Shown here piece by piece: positions 40,681 to 50,477 of a stretch of 64,000 nucleotides of DNA. The position numbers were made by a program, and so were the translations under genes. The stretch comes from Syntrophorhabdaceae bacterium (GTDB lineage: Bacteria > Desulfobacterota > Syntrophorhabdia > Syntrophorhabdales > Syntrophorhabdaceae). The stretch lies in the NCBI GenBank assembly GCA_963665295.1, contig OY762209.1, positions 4,640,001 through 4,704,000 on the forward strand, read 5' to 3'. The notes under the pieces are model-generated. The model ran no database searches. It saw nothing but the letters and a program-made list of their open reading frames with translations, and was not told the origin of the DNA. The first letter of the stretch is position 1; each line of letters starts with the position of its first letter.

Positions 40681-41610
40681 CTACTTAATCTCCGGCCTCG
40701 GATAGAGACCTGCTGCCTTCACTATTTCGGCCACCTTGTCTTCCCACTCTATGGCCATAATGTGGATACCCGCTACCCCTTTGATATTCCTCACCCTCTC
40801 GATTATTTCAAGGCATATCTTGATGCCTTCTTCCGCCACCTTCTCTTTCGGCACACTCTTGAGACGGTCGATGTGCTCTTCAGGGACGTCCATGCCCGGC
40901 ACGGAGGTCTTCATGTAGCGGGCCATGCCGATAGACTTGTAGGGGGTGATACCTGCAAGAATGTACATCTTCTCGTGGACTCCAAGGTTGCGGACCTCTT
41001 CCATCCACTTCTCGAATTTCTCCACGTTGAAGATACATTGGGTCTGAACGAACTGAGCCCCCGCAGCCGCCTTCTTTGCGAGCCTCATGGCCCTGATCTC
41101 GAAGGGGTCGGCAAAGGGGTTCTCCGCGCACCCTATGAATATATTGGGCCTTCCCGCCTTTATTTCTTCGCCGCTTATAAACTTGCCCTCGTCCCTCATC
41201 CGTTTGACCGTCTGAATGAGTTGGATGGAATCTATGTCAAAAACGTTCTTTGCGCCGGGATGGTCGCCGAAACTCTGGTGGTCGCCCGACAGGCAGAGGA
41301 GGTTATTGATGCCCCACGCCGCCGCGCCCAGAATATCGCTCTGCATGGCTATCCTGTTTCTGTCCCTGCATACCATCTGCATGATCGGGTCGAGGCCCAT
41401 CTGTTTGAGCACCAAAGACGCGGAGAAACTGCTCATCCTCACCACGCTCGTCTGGTTATCGGTCACATTGACGCAGTCCACATAACCTTCGAGAAACGCC
41501 CCTTTCTTCTTTACCACTTCAGTGTTCGCGCCCCGTGGAGGACCGCATTCGGACGTAACGGCAAAGGCCCCGCTTGTGAGAACTTTTTCCAGATTACTCC
41601 CTGTGCTCAT
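40681..41610 (-). CDS. metF: methylenetetrahydrofolate reductase MetF
   Basis: VTSECGPPRG, NVTDNQ, CRDRNRIA.QSD, LCLSGDH, AGAQFVQTQ and GIHIMA motifs. Confidence 0.93.
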   Translation of the reverse strand: MSTGSNLEKVLTSGAFAVTSECGPPRGANTEVVKKKGAFLEGYVDCVNVTDNQTSVVRMSSFSASLVLKQMGLDPIMQMVCRDRNRIAMQSDILGAAAWGINNLLCLSGDHQSFGDHPGAKNVFDIDSIQLIQTVKRMRDEGKFISGEEIKAGRPNIFIGCAENPFADPFEIRAMRLAKKAAAGAQFVQTQCIFNVEKFEKWMEEVRNLGVHEKMYILAGITPYKSIGMARYMKTSVPGMDVPEEHIDRLKSVPKEKVAEEGIKICLEIIERVRNIKGVAGIHIMAIEWEDKVAEIVKAAGLYPRPEIK

Positions 41611-42275
41611 ATCTTTAAATCCTCCCTGACCCGTTTTCTCGGCCCTCCGTCCCTGCTGGTGGACCAATCTTTCATAGGTTGGACCTCCAGGTACTTGTCA
41701 AGCATGTTCATTTCCTTAAATCTGTCCACGATAAGCTGCCAGGCGCAAGGTGTCTCTTTGTTTATCTCACACTTTCCACCCTGGGAGCCTCCGCACGGAC
41801 CGTTGAATATGCTCTTCGCGCAGCGTGTCACGGGGCATATGCCGAGCGTCCTGTCGAGGATGCAGTTTCCACACCCGAGGCAGCGCTCGGCCCACAGGCC
41901 ATGTTCTTCCGTAACCCCGTCGAAGGTTGTGTTCACCGCAGGCAACACTACTTTGTTCCTGTAATGCTCACCCACGAACTGGATGCCACACCCACATGCC
42001 ATGGATATGGCCACATCATAGTCGTTTATCATAGGTTTGAGGGTTTCCACGTACTCGGGATCGCAGTTCCTCTCCAGAACAAACTCCTTTATCTCTACCG
42101 GTGTTCCCTCCTTCTGCCTCGCAAGCCTGATCTCGGACGCAAGGACCGCGACCTCTTTTGCTCCGCCCACTGCGCAGACCGTGACGCACTCGTTGCAGCC
42201 GAGAAGGAGTATCTTTGAATAGGGCTTTAGCATTTCAAGGATCTCTTCGAAGGGTTTTCTATTTGCTACTATCAT
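41607..42275 (-). CDS. metV: methylenetetrahydrofolate reductase Fe-S/Zn subunit MetV
   Basis: GCNECVTVC.VGG, MACGCG and RCLGCGNC...GICPVTRCAKS..NGPCGG...CE...CAW motifs; overlaps metF. Confidence 0.9.
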   Translation of the reverse strand: MIVANRKPFEEILEMLKPYSKILLLGCNECVTVCAVGGAKEVAVLASEIRLARQKEGTPVEIKEFVLERNCDPEYVETLKPMINDYDVAISMACGCGIQFVGEHYRNKVVLPAVNTTFDGVTEEHGLWAERCLGCGNCILDRTLGICPVTRCAKSIFNGPCGGSQGGKCEINKETPCAWQLIVDRFKEMNMLDKYLEVQPMKDWSTSRDGGPRKRVREDLKI

Positions 42276-42354
42276 TTTGACTCCTTTTCTTATCCGTAGC
42301 GCCTTTGCTCAAACGCAGCGGACATCAAATCTTATTCTCCCGGTTTCTGTCGCC

Positions 42355-42774
42355 TCACGCGCCCCGGCGCTTTGCGGGATTGGGGCCAAGGCCCCTGATC
42401 TTCTCCGTCATCTCCCGGGCTACTTCGGCAAACCGTTGCCCCTGAGCCGACGACAGGTTGTACATGGCAACCCGCTCCCCTCCGGTACCGCATTCGTCAA
42501 GGAGCTTCTTCACATAGTCCACGCGCTTGCGCGCCCTCAGGTTGCCCACGAGATAGTGGCAGTCCCCTTCAAGGCAACCCATAAGGTACACCCCGTCCGT
42601 TCCACTCTCAAAAGCCTTAAGTATGTGGATTATGTCCACCCTGCCCGTGCAAGGAACTTTCACGATCTTTACGTTCGTGGGATAAGTCAGCCTCATCGAA
42701 CCTGCCAGGTCCGCCGCGGTGTATCCTCAGAACTCACAGCAAAAGGCGATTATCTCCGGTTCAAACCTTTCCAC
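42355..42774 (-). CDS. mvhD: MvhD/FlpD [2Fe-2S] subunit; selenoprotein (UGA at 42729-42727)
   Basis: GAGGTGG SD and GTG-42774 give MERFEPEIIAFCCEF-U-GYTAADLAGSMRLTYP..VPCTGRVD..GCLEGDCHY; a hairpin follows the UGA. Confidence 0.92.
42698..42729 (-). promoter_or_regulatory. candidate bacterial SECIS element of mvhD
   Basis: mRNA UGA-14 nt-GGACCU-GGC-AGGUUC; the G-containing apical loop lies about 20 nt after the UGA. Confidence 0.6.
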
Positions 42775-42817
42775 TTTTCCACCTCTATGAAATGAGACGC
42801 TCTGCGGCGGATAACTT

Positions 42818-45800
42818 TCAATCTCCGCACAACGCCTGCTCTTTCTCAATAATCTGAATATCCCTGTAATGCATCAGGTCGATCGCCTTTGCAGGACACT
42901 CGGCCGCGCAGGAGCCACACCCCTTGCACTTGCTGATATCTATCTCCGCTTCGCCTTTTTCGTTGATGACCGGCACGGAATAGGGACAAACCCTCACACA
43001 GGTGAGACACGCGGCGCACAACTCGCCCTCCACGTGAGCCACTATGCCGCCCGCCGCCACCTGATCCTTCGAGAGTATGGTGATGGCCCTCGCCACCGCA
43101 CCCTCCGCCTGGGCGATGCTCTCCCTCAGGTTCTTCGGCGAATGGCAGAGACCGGAGAGAAACATGCCGTCGGATGCAAAATCGACGGGTCTCAGCTTCA
43201 TGTGGGCCTCGAGGAAAAAGCCTTCATTCGTTCTCGGCACCTTGAGAAGGGTGGCAAGCTCCTGATTATCTCTCGCCACAATGGCGCTGCTCAAGGCCAC
43301 GAGGTCCGTTTCAAAGGAGATTTCTTCCCCGACCGAAGGGTCGTAGCACTTAAGGGAAAGAACCCCATCTCTTGTTTCCATGACAGGGGGTGCTGCTTTA
43401 TCGAACCTGACGAACCTGACTCCGAGCTTTCTCGCCTTCAGATAATATTTTTCGAGGAAGCCGTAGGTCATCATGTCTCTGAAAAGGATCACCACATCTG
43501 TCCCGGGCGCTTTCTCCTTTACTGTGATGGCGTTCTTGACCGCGCTGGTGCAGCAGATGCGGCTGCAATACGGGCGCTCTTCATTCCGCGACCCCACACA
43601 CTGGATCATGGCGATCCTCTTGACCGCCGGCTGTTCTCCAAGGGCGATCTTCCTCTCAAGCTCCATCTGGGTCATGACGCGGTCATCCTCGCCATATCGG
43701 TAAATTCCGGAGGGTTTAAATTCCTCCCCTCCCGTGGCAAGAATGAGCACACCGTGGGTGATCTTCTTATATGCCTTCTCCGGCCCGGTTACGAGGCCGG
43801 TTTCGTAATTCCCCTTGAAGCCCGTGTGGTCCACTGCGTCCGCGTTCATCTCCACATGGATAAGGGGATGGCTCACTACCCGCTCCACCGTTTCCTTCAG
43901 AAAGCCCTGGACATCGAGTCCGTCTATAGTGGAGAAAAGACCCTTGAGGTTGCCCCCGAGGGCGTCCGACTTCTCAATAAGGAAAACTTCGAAATTCTGA
44001 TTGGCAAGGTTCAGGGCCGCGGTCATACCCGCAATGCCCCCGCCGAATACGAGGGCCCTTTTGTTCACGTCAAGCATTACTTCCTTGAGGGGCTTAATAT
44101 AATTGGCGTTCGTTACCGCCATCCTCACAAGGTCTTTCGCTTTTTCCGTTGCGCCCTGCTTATCCTTCATGTGGACCCAGGAGCATTGATCCCTGATATT
44201 GGCCATCTCGAAAAGGTACTTGTTGAGTCCCGCATCCCGTATGGTGGCCCTGAACAGGGGCTCGTGCGTCCTCGGCGAACAGGAGGCCACAACCACCCTG
44301 TTTATGCCGTATTCGTCGATCATCCTCTTCATCTTGGCCTGGGTATCCTGGGAACAGGTGAAGAGGTTCTCATCGGCAAGCACCACATTCGGCAGGGTTT
44401 TCGCGTATTCCTGTACCTCGGGGACGTTCACTACCCCGCCTATATTGATGCCGCAATTGCACACGAAGACGCCGATCCTCGGCTCCTCGTTTTCCACGTC
44501 TTTCTCTTCCGGCAGGACTTTGATCACAAGGTCCTTGCCCCTTACATCCGAGATAAAGGAAGCCGCCTCACACGCGGCGCCGCTCGCCTGGATCACCGTC
44601 TCAGGTATGTCTTTCGGGGACTCGCACGCGCCGCTCACATAGATGCCCGGCCTTGAAGTGACCACGGGATTTGTGAGGTCCGTCTTTATGAAACCGTATT
44701 CATTGAGGTCAAGACTCAGGGCGGAGGCGAGCTTCGAAAGGTGTTCCGCCGGCCTCATACCCACGGAAAGGACCACGAGGTCAAATCTCTCCGTCTTCAG
44801 GTCTCCCGCCTCATCGACGTAGACGATCTCCACATCCTTTGTCGCATAGTCTTCGAGTACACGGGACACGAGGGATTTCACATACCTCACTCCATGCTCG
44901 TTCCTTGCCCTTTCATAGTACTGGTCAAAGCCTTTTCCGAAAGCCCTCACGTCCATATAGAAAATGGTGGGCTTTATATCATTCTGGTGTTCCTTTGCGA
45001 TGACCGCCTCTTTCGTGGCGTACATGCAGCAGACGGAAGAACAGTATTCGTGTACCTTGTCCCTACTCCCCACGCACTGGATAAAGGCGATCTTCTCCGG
45101 TATCCTGCCGTCGGAGGGCCGCATTATCACACTCGCCGTGGGCCCCGTGGCAGAGAGGATCCTTTCGAACTCCACGCTCGTTACCACGTTCTGGTATATA
45201 CCGTAACCAAGTTCGGGCTTGCCGCGGGCGTCATAGGCGTCGAACCCGCTCGACACGATTACACTCCCCACTTCGATCGTCTCTTCAGTCGGTCCCTCAA
45301 AGTAGTTTATCGCTTCAGGTTTGCAGAACTCCTCACAAATCTTGCACCCGAGACATTTTCTGCAGTTGAGGCAGCGCTCTGCTTCCTCCCTCGCCTCCTG
45401 CTCCGACAAGGGTTGGTAGACTTCCCTGAATCCTGAACGCTCTTCCACGGGAATGGAGGGGATGGCAACCCTGGCCCGCTTCTCCACGAAGGGGGGGATG
45501 TCTTTCACAACTTCATCCTCTTTTGCCCGTCTTCCTTCCGTCAGGTCGCGCCCTTCAAGGAAACGGGCGATGGACTCCGCTGCTTCTTTTCCCTGGGCAA
45601 TGGCATCGATGGCCATTTTCGGACCCGTTACCACGTCGCCGCCCGCAAATACGCCTTTCACCGTGGTTTCAAGGCTTACAGGGTCGGCTTTAACCCTGCC
45701 GTCTCTCAGAATTTCGAGGCCGGGCATGTCTTTGAGGAATCCTGTATCCATTGCCTGTCCGATGGCGAGGATAACGGTGTCCGCATCATAGGTTATGGTG

Positions 45801-47218
45801 GTCTCATCGTCGAAGCGGGGACTGAATCTCCTGTTCTCGTCAAAAACTGCCGTACAGCGTCTGAACTCGATGCCCTTTACTGCCCCGTCTTTAACTTCGA
45901 TCCGTTTGGGTCCCCATGACGCGTGGACTTTCACGCCCTCTTCCACCGCCTGGTCCACTTCCCATTTGTGGGCAGGCATTTCATCCCACTTCTCGAGACA
46001 CGCCATGTGGACTTCTTTCGCACCCAGTCTGCGCGCCGTCAAGGCCACGTCTATGGCGACATTTCCTCCGCCTATGACAAACACGCGACCGCCCATGGGG
46101 AGGGGTTCGTTTTTTACCACGCCCCTCAGGAAGGCAAGCCCACCGATTACACCGGAGGCTTCTTCGTTGTCAATGCCCAGGCTTCTTCCGCCATGGGCGC
46201 CTGCGCCTATGAACAGGGCGTCGAAACCGTCATATATCTCTTTAATGGGGACGTCCTTGCCGATCCTCGTGTTATATCGCACCTCGATGCCCATTTTCTC
46301 CACGATGGAGACTTCCCTGGCAAGGTCCTCCTTCGGGAGCCTGTAAGCGGGAATGCCCACATAAAGCATACCGCCGAGCTTGTCATGAGCCTCGAAGATG
46401 GTGACCCCGTATCCCGCCTTGCGAAGTTCCAGGGCGCATTCCAGCCCCGCCGGCCCTCCGCCGATAACAGCCACTTTCTTTCCTTTTTCCGGACCCACCG
46501 CCGGTACCGGAATATCCCGCTTTCCCGCCTCGAAGTCTGCCACAAACCGTTTCAAGGCGCATATGGCCACGGGCTGGTCTACCTTTCTTCCCCTCAGGCA
46601 TTCTTCCTCGCAGGGATGGGCACATATGCGGCCGATAACGCCGGGGAAGGGAAGTCTTTCTCTTATAAGGTCGAGGGCTTCGAGGAATCTCCCTTCGGCG
46701 ATCAGACCCACGTAGTCTCTCGCGTTCAGATTGACGGGGCACCGGTTCACGCATGGCGCTATCTCCCTGTCAATCATGTAGGTGGAAGGTATGGCCTGGG
46801 GGAAACTGATGAAGGCCCCTGTGCGCCTTGACAGCCCTTCATTGTAGTCGTTGCTCACATCAAGGGGACATTGAGGGGCGCAAAGGGAGCACGAGGTGCA
46901 TTTTTCCGACATGACCCTTCTCGGCCTTCTCTTGAGAGTAACGTTGAAATTGCCCGGCTCGCCCTCGAGGGCCACGACTTCCGTGTTCATGAGAAGTTCT
47001 ATGTTCGGATTCCGGCCCACCTCTACCAACTTGGGAGCCATAATGCACATGGAGCAGTCATTGGTGGGAAAGGTCTTGTCGAGTTGAGACATCTTTCCGC
47101 CGATATTCGGCATCTCGTCGGCGAGATAGACTTTGAATCCCGCTTCCACGAGGTCGAGGGATGCTTCCATTCCCCCTATGCCGCCGCCGATAACAAGTAC
47201 CTTACCTACCTTTTCCAT
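42818..47218 (-). CDS. hdrA: large HdrA-family flavoprotein (HdrL type: two HdrA modules with an inserted GltD-like NAD(P)H oxidoreductase)
   Basis: DKTFPTNDCSMC; two QCVGSR...YCS..CC modules; RIGVFVCNCG and NIRDQCSWVH; insert with APCVNRCP..CAHPCEEEC, GGGPAG and GGGNVAIDVA; ferredoxin motifs. Confidence 0.92.
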   Translation of the reverse strand: MEKVGKVLVIGGGIGGMEASLDLVEAGFKVYLADEMPNIGGKMSQLDKTFPTNDCSMCIMAPKLVEVGRNPNIELLMNTEVVALEGEPGNFNVTLKRRPRRVMSEKCTSCSLCAPQCPLDVSNDYNEGLSRRTGAFISFPQAIPSTYMIDREIAPCVNRCPVNLNARDYVGLIAEGRFLEALDLIRERLPFPGVIGRICAHPCEEECLRGRKVDQPVAICALKRFVADFEAGKRDIPVPAVGPEKGKKVAVIGGGPAGLECALELRKAGYGVTIFEAHDKLGGMLYVGIPAYRLPKEDLAREVSIVEKMGIEVRYNTRIGKDVPIKEIYDGFDALFIGAGAHGGRSLGIDNEEASGVIGGLAFLRGVVKNEPLPMGGRVFVIGGGNVAIDVALTARRLGAKEVHMACLEKWDEMPAHKWEVDQAVEEGVKVHASWGPKRIEVKDGAVKGIEFRRCTAVFDENRRFSPRFDDETTITYDADTVILAIGQAMDTGFLKDMPGLEILRDGRVKADPVSLETTVKGVFAGGDVVTGPKMAIDAIAQGKEAAESIARFLEGRDLTEGRRAKEDEVVKDIPPFVEKRARVAIPSIPVEERSGFREVYQPLSEQEAREEAERCLNCRKCLGCKICEEFCKPEAINYFEGPTEETIEVGSVIVSSGFDAYDARGKPELGYGIYQNVVTSVEFERILSATGPTASVIMRPSDGRIPEKIAFIQCVGSRDKVHEYCSSVCCMYATKEAVIAKEHQNDIKPTIFYMDVRAFGKGFDQYYERARNEHGVRYVKSLVSRVLEDYATKDVEIVYVDEAGDLKTERFDLVVLSVGMRPAEHLSKLASALSLDLNEYGFIKTDLTNPVVTSRPGIYVSGACESPKDIPETVIQASGAACEAASFISDVRGKDLVIKVLPEEKDVENEEPRIGVFVCNCGINIGGVVNVPEVQEYAKTLPNVVLADENLFTCSQDTQAKMKRMIDEYGINRVVVASCSPRTHEPLFRATIRDAGLNKYLFEMANIRDQCSWVHMKDKQGATEKAKDLVRMAVTNANYIKPLKEVMLDVNKRALVFGGGIAGMTAALNLANQNFEVFLIEKSDALGGNLKGLFSTIDGLDVQGFLKETVERVVSHPLIHVEMNADAVDHTGFKGNYETGLVTGPEKAYKKITHGVLILATGGEEFKPSGIYRYGEDDRVMTQMELERKIALGEQPAVKRIAMIQCVGSRNEERPYCSRICCTSAVKNAITVKEKAPGTDVVILFRDMMTYGFLEKYYLKARKLGVRFVRFDKAAPPVMETRDGVLSLKCYDPSVGEEISFETDLVALSSAIVARDNQELATLLKVPRTNEGFFLEAHMKLRPVDFASDGMFLSGLCHSPKNLRESIAQAEGAVARAITILSKDQVAAGGIVAHVEGELCAACLTCVRVCPYSVPVINEKGEAEIDISKCKGCGSCAAECPAKAIDLMHYRDIQIIEKEQALCGD

Positions 47219-47271
47219 TATCCCCTACCTGAAATCCGTGTCTCCCTGCGGGGGACCGGCTTTCCGATGTC

Positions 47272-47628
47272 TTACAATTTTTTCCTGAACAGCGCATCTC
47301 TTCCTTCATGGCTTGCTATTTCAACAAGGTTCCTCTTTATAAGCTCTTTGACATGGTTAAACACTATGTCCTCTCTAAGGCCCAACTTCCCGGACAGGCC
47401 CCCTATGGTGTCCTCTTTGTCCGCGAGCGCTTCCAGTATCCTCGCCTTATCGAGGGACATGGCAAGAAGGGGGTCGAATACGAGGGAAAACTGCCTGTCC
47501 GTGAACTTTTCTCCATACACGTTTCCCGCCTTCAGGGCATCCTTTCTGTCGAGGAGTCTTTTCAGCTTATCCGCCCCTTCCGGGTCATATTTCCTGATAA
47601 AGTCGAGTCTTCTTTCCGTATCTGTCAT
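47272..47628 (-). CDS. small hypothetical protein with a C-terminal winged-helix-like region
   Basis: Intact ORF inside the hdr operon; GNVYGEK then ILEAL...TIGGLSGKLGL..DIVFNHVKEL. Start is ATG-47628 or TTG-47643. Confidence 0.7.
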   Translation of the reverse strand: MTDTERRLDFIRKYDPEGADKLKRLLDRKDALKAGNVYGEKFTDRQFSLVFDPLLAMSLDKARILEALADKEDTIGGLSGKLGLREDIVFNHVKELIKRNLVEIASHEGRDALFRKKL

Positions 47629-47735
47629 CCGATATATACCCAATCCGCCTGTTTATTGTCTTAAGCGGGCAACGTTTGTCCCGGGCCCGGCATTCTCGCG
47701 GCCCGTGCTCAGCGCCCCGTTATTCGCGCGATCCT

Positions 47736-48623
47736 TCACGCTGACTTCCGTACACCGCCTTCACTGACGATCTTCTTCACCTTTCCCGCAACGCCGTCGG
47801 CGGTTATGATGTGGGACCCGCTCCCGGAGAGTTTGCCGAAAAGGGCAAGCTCGAATATCTCGGAAAGAAAGAGAACCGGCAGGTTCCCCTCTCTTTTCCC
47901 GAGGTAGGGGAGAATATCGAGGTTAAGCTGGCATAACGGGCATGAGGTCACCACCGCATCGGCGCCCACGGTAACCGCCATTTCCATGATCTTGCCCGAC
48001 AGCCTGAGGGTTACTTCTTTATTGGTCACTGTTTTGCTCGCACCGCAGCACTCCATCTTGTAGGGCCAGCCCACCACCTCGGCCCCCGCGGCCCAGAGAA
48101 GCATGTCCATACTTTCCGGGTTCTCCTTGTCGTCGAAAGCGCCCATCTTCATGATGCGGGTCAGCACGCAGCCGTAGTAAGGGACCACCTTGAGACCCGA
48201 GAGGTCGTAGGCGACGCTCTTCGCAATGCGCTCCAATCCCACGTATTCGTGGAATACCTCAATAATGTTCTTTACTTCCGTGGTGCCGAGCACCTTCAGG
48301 GGATGTATGGCGCGATTGATCTCATCTCTCAAGGCCTTGTCGGTCCGTAGTTTCTCGTTCGCGACCTTCGACCTGTTGTAACACGCGGAACAGGGGGCGA
48401 AAAAGTGCAGGTCTTCCCGCTCCGCAAGGCTCAGATTTCTCGCCGCAAGGGCGTATGCGATCTTCTCATCGATGGTGGTCGCCGCCGAAGCGCCGCAGCA
48501 GGACCAGCCGTCAAGCTCCTTCAACCCCACCCCGTACACGGAAAAAACGTCCTTTATCGACTGTTCGTAGAACTTGCTCGATGTCTTCATGGAGCAACCG
48601 GGGTAATACGTTAGCGTCCTCAT
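47736..48623 (-). CDS. hdrB: heterodisulfide reductase subunit B
   Basis: YYPGCS, WSCCGA, PCSACY, PYYGC, ECCGA and SCPLCQ CCG-domain motifs. Confidence 0.93.
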   Translation of the reverse strand: MRTLTYYPGCSMKTSSKFYEQSIKDVFSVYGVGLKELDGWSCCGASAATTIDEKIAYALAARNLSLAEREDLHFFAPCSACYNRSKVANEKLRTDKALRDEINRAIHPLKVLGTTEVKNIIEVFHEYVGLERIAKSVAYDLSGLKVVPYYGCVLTRIMKMGAFDDKENPESMDMLLWAAGAEVVGWPYKMECCGASKTVTNKEVTLRLSGKIMEMAVTVGADAVVTSCPLCQLNLDILPYLGKREGNLPVLFLSEIFELALFGKLSGSGSHIITADGVAGKVKKIVSEGGVRKSA

Positions 48624-48630
48624 ATCTGCC

Positions 48631-49170
48631 TCAACCCCTCGACTTCTCAGCTTCTATTTTTCTGAATATTTCCTTCAACTGCTTTCTTTCCTTTATGTTG
48701 TGGGGCAGAATACCCATCCTTCCTTTCATGAACATGCCCATACCCATCTTCGCGTCTTCCAGAAAGTTCTTCTTAACCATCTTATACTTCATAACCGCCT
48801 CTATCTCGTGAAGCCTGCCATGCTTCTCAACGCTGTCGAGAAAGGACCGGTCGAATCTCCATGTATCCTTCTCCGCCTCTTTATGTTCCCTTACGGCGAT
48901 CTTCCTCAGTGTGTCGAAAACATGGGCTATATCGATATCATTCGGACACCTCACGCTGCAGGTGAGGCACTGAAGGCAGGTCCATATGGTTTTCGACGCA
49001 AGTACCCGCTCTCTCTCGCCGAGAGTAATATAACGGATAACCCTGTGGGGGTAAATATCCATCTCCTTCGCCACGGGACAGCCGACAGTACACCTGTAAC
49101 ACTGGTAACAGCCGGATATCTTTTCTCCGGTGGCATTTTCCATCTCGTTCAGGAAAGAAAGGTCATTCAT
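48631..49170 (-). CDS. hdrC: heterodisulfide reductase subunit C
   Basis: CYQCYRCTVGCP and WTCLQCLTCSVRCP clusters; GRLHE motif. Confidence 0.93.
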   Translation of the reverse strand: MNDLSFLNEMENATGEKISGCYQCYRCTVGCPVAKEMDIYPHRVIRYITLGERERVLASKTIWTCLQCLTCSVRCPNDIDIAHVFDTLRKIAVREHKEAEKDTWRFDRSFLDSVEKHGRLHEIEAVMKYKMVKKNFLEDAKMGMGMFMKGRMGILPHNIKERKQLKEIFRKIEAEKSRG

Positions 49171-49238
49171 GGTCCGTCCTCTTAAGTACTTACAAATACA
49201 AGTAAGAATTCTGCGTTTCCGGTAATACGGAGCAACAC

Positions 49239-49267
49239 ATTATACACTGATAGGGGGGTTTTATCAA
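49239..49267 (-). promoter_or_regulatory. promoter of the hdrC...metF operon
   Basis: TTGATA, 17 nt, TATAAT. Confidence 0.65.
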
Positions 49268-49421
49268 TATCCGTGGCGGGTTTGCCCTTATGGGGACCGC
49301 TGTCCGCGCCCGGCCGCACCACGTCGGTTTGCCATGAGGTGCCCCATCCCTCAGGGTCGGAAACTCTTCGTGAAGCAAAAAGGGGTTGTCTGAAACTGCC
49401 CGGTGAGTCGAAAGGTCTTGC

Positions 49422-50477
49422 TTAAGGGCGAACCAGCCGGTACACCGACGTGCCTTTATGTCTTTTTACCGACCCCTGCTCTTCGAGGATCTCCAGATGG
49501 CCGACGACCTCTGAAATACCCAGGAGCACGTGGAAATCAGGAAGATCGAAAAAAACTCTGCCCATTATCTCGTAGGGGGTCGAAGCGCCTTCCGCCAGGA
49601 CCGAAACTATCTGTCTCTGTCGGTCATAAACGGACCCGAGCACCTTGTCGATGCGGGTCCCGGCGTCTTCTATCCCTTCCCCGTGCCCGGGAAGGGCTCT
49701 TCGCAAACCCAGGGCCTTCACCTTCCGAAGGGATGAAACGTACATCTCCAGACTTCTATACCCCTCACGGACTGCCGTCGGCCTTCGGACCACCGCATTG
49801 GACGAGATATCGCGGATCAGGAAATCACCTGTAAAGGCTGAAGCCGTTTTCGCGTCATAGTAAAGCGTGCACCAGGGCGTGTGACCGGGAACGGGAATGA
49901 CGGTGAAACGTGACGAACCTATCCCGATTGTATCTCCTGCTTCAAGGCGTCTTGTCACCTCCACACCGGGACCAAGTTCCTTCAACACCTCGAAGAATCG
50001 GGCGAGATATTCTTTTCCCGCCTTCGGGGCCCCCGCCCACTCGACAAACCGGCAATAATAGCCGAAATCCTTCTCAAATTCCTCGCAGGCATCCTCGACT
50101 GCAACGGCGGCCCCTTTAAGAATCCACACCTCCGCCCCGCTCCTCGACCTTACCCACGCCGCCGACCCGAAATGATCTATGTGAGGGTGGGTCACGATTA
50201 TCCGTCGAATGTCCTCAACGGCATACCCGACCGCGGCAAGCGCTGTTTCCAGGTATTGTTGCGCCCCTTCATTGTGAGGGGGAACGTCTATGAGCGTGGG
50301 CACGGGCTCCGCGCAAAAATACGAGTTTACGCTTTCTATGCCGATTGACAAGGGCACGCAAAGGCGATGGATAAGGGGACCGTCAACCAAACCCGTCACG
50401 TTTTCCCAGAAATTGGAGCACCCCTTCAAGGTTGTCGAACAGGGGATAACTCTCTCCTTCATTCCAGGGCATCTCAA
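49422..50477 (-). CDS. metallo-beta-lactamase-fold hydrolase
   Basis: THPHIDHFG, PGHTP, FTGD and LPGHG motifs; C-terminal wHTH. The true start is probably near 50400. Confidence 0.88.
   Translation of the reverse strand: MRCPGMKERVIPCSTTLKGCSNFWENVTGLVDGPLIHRLCVPLSIGIESVNSYFCAEPVPTLIDVPPHNEGAQQYLETALAAVGYAVEDIRRIIVTHPHIDHFGSAAWVRSRSGAEVWILKGAAVAVEDACEEFEKDFGYYCRFVEWAGAPKAGKEYLARFFEVLKELGPGVEVTRRLEAGDTIGIGSSRFTVIPVPGHTPWCTLYYDAKTASAFTGDFLIRDISSNAVVRRPTAVREGYRSLEMYVSSLRKVKALGLRRALPGHGEGIEDAGTRIDKVLGSVYDRQRQIVSVLAEGASTPYEIMGRVFFDLPDFHVLLGISEVVGHLEILEEQGSVKRHKGTSVYRLVRP

Noticed and set aside
42818..49170. Additional selenocysteines in HdrA, HdrB or HdrC
   Set aside because: The frames are uninterrupted with Cys at the usual positions (e.g. 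NDCSMC), and the terminal TGAs fall at the expected protein ends.
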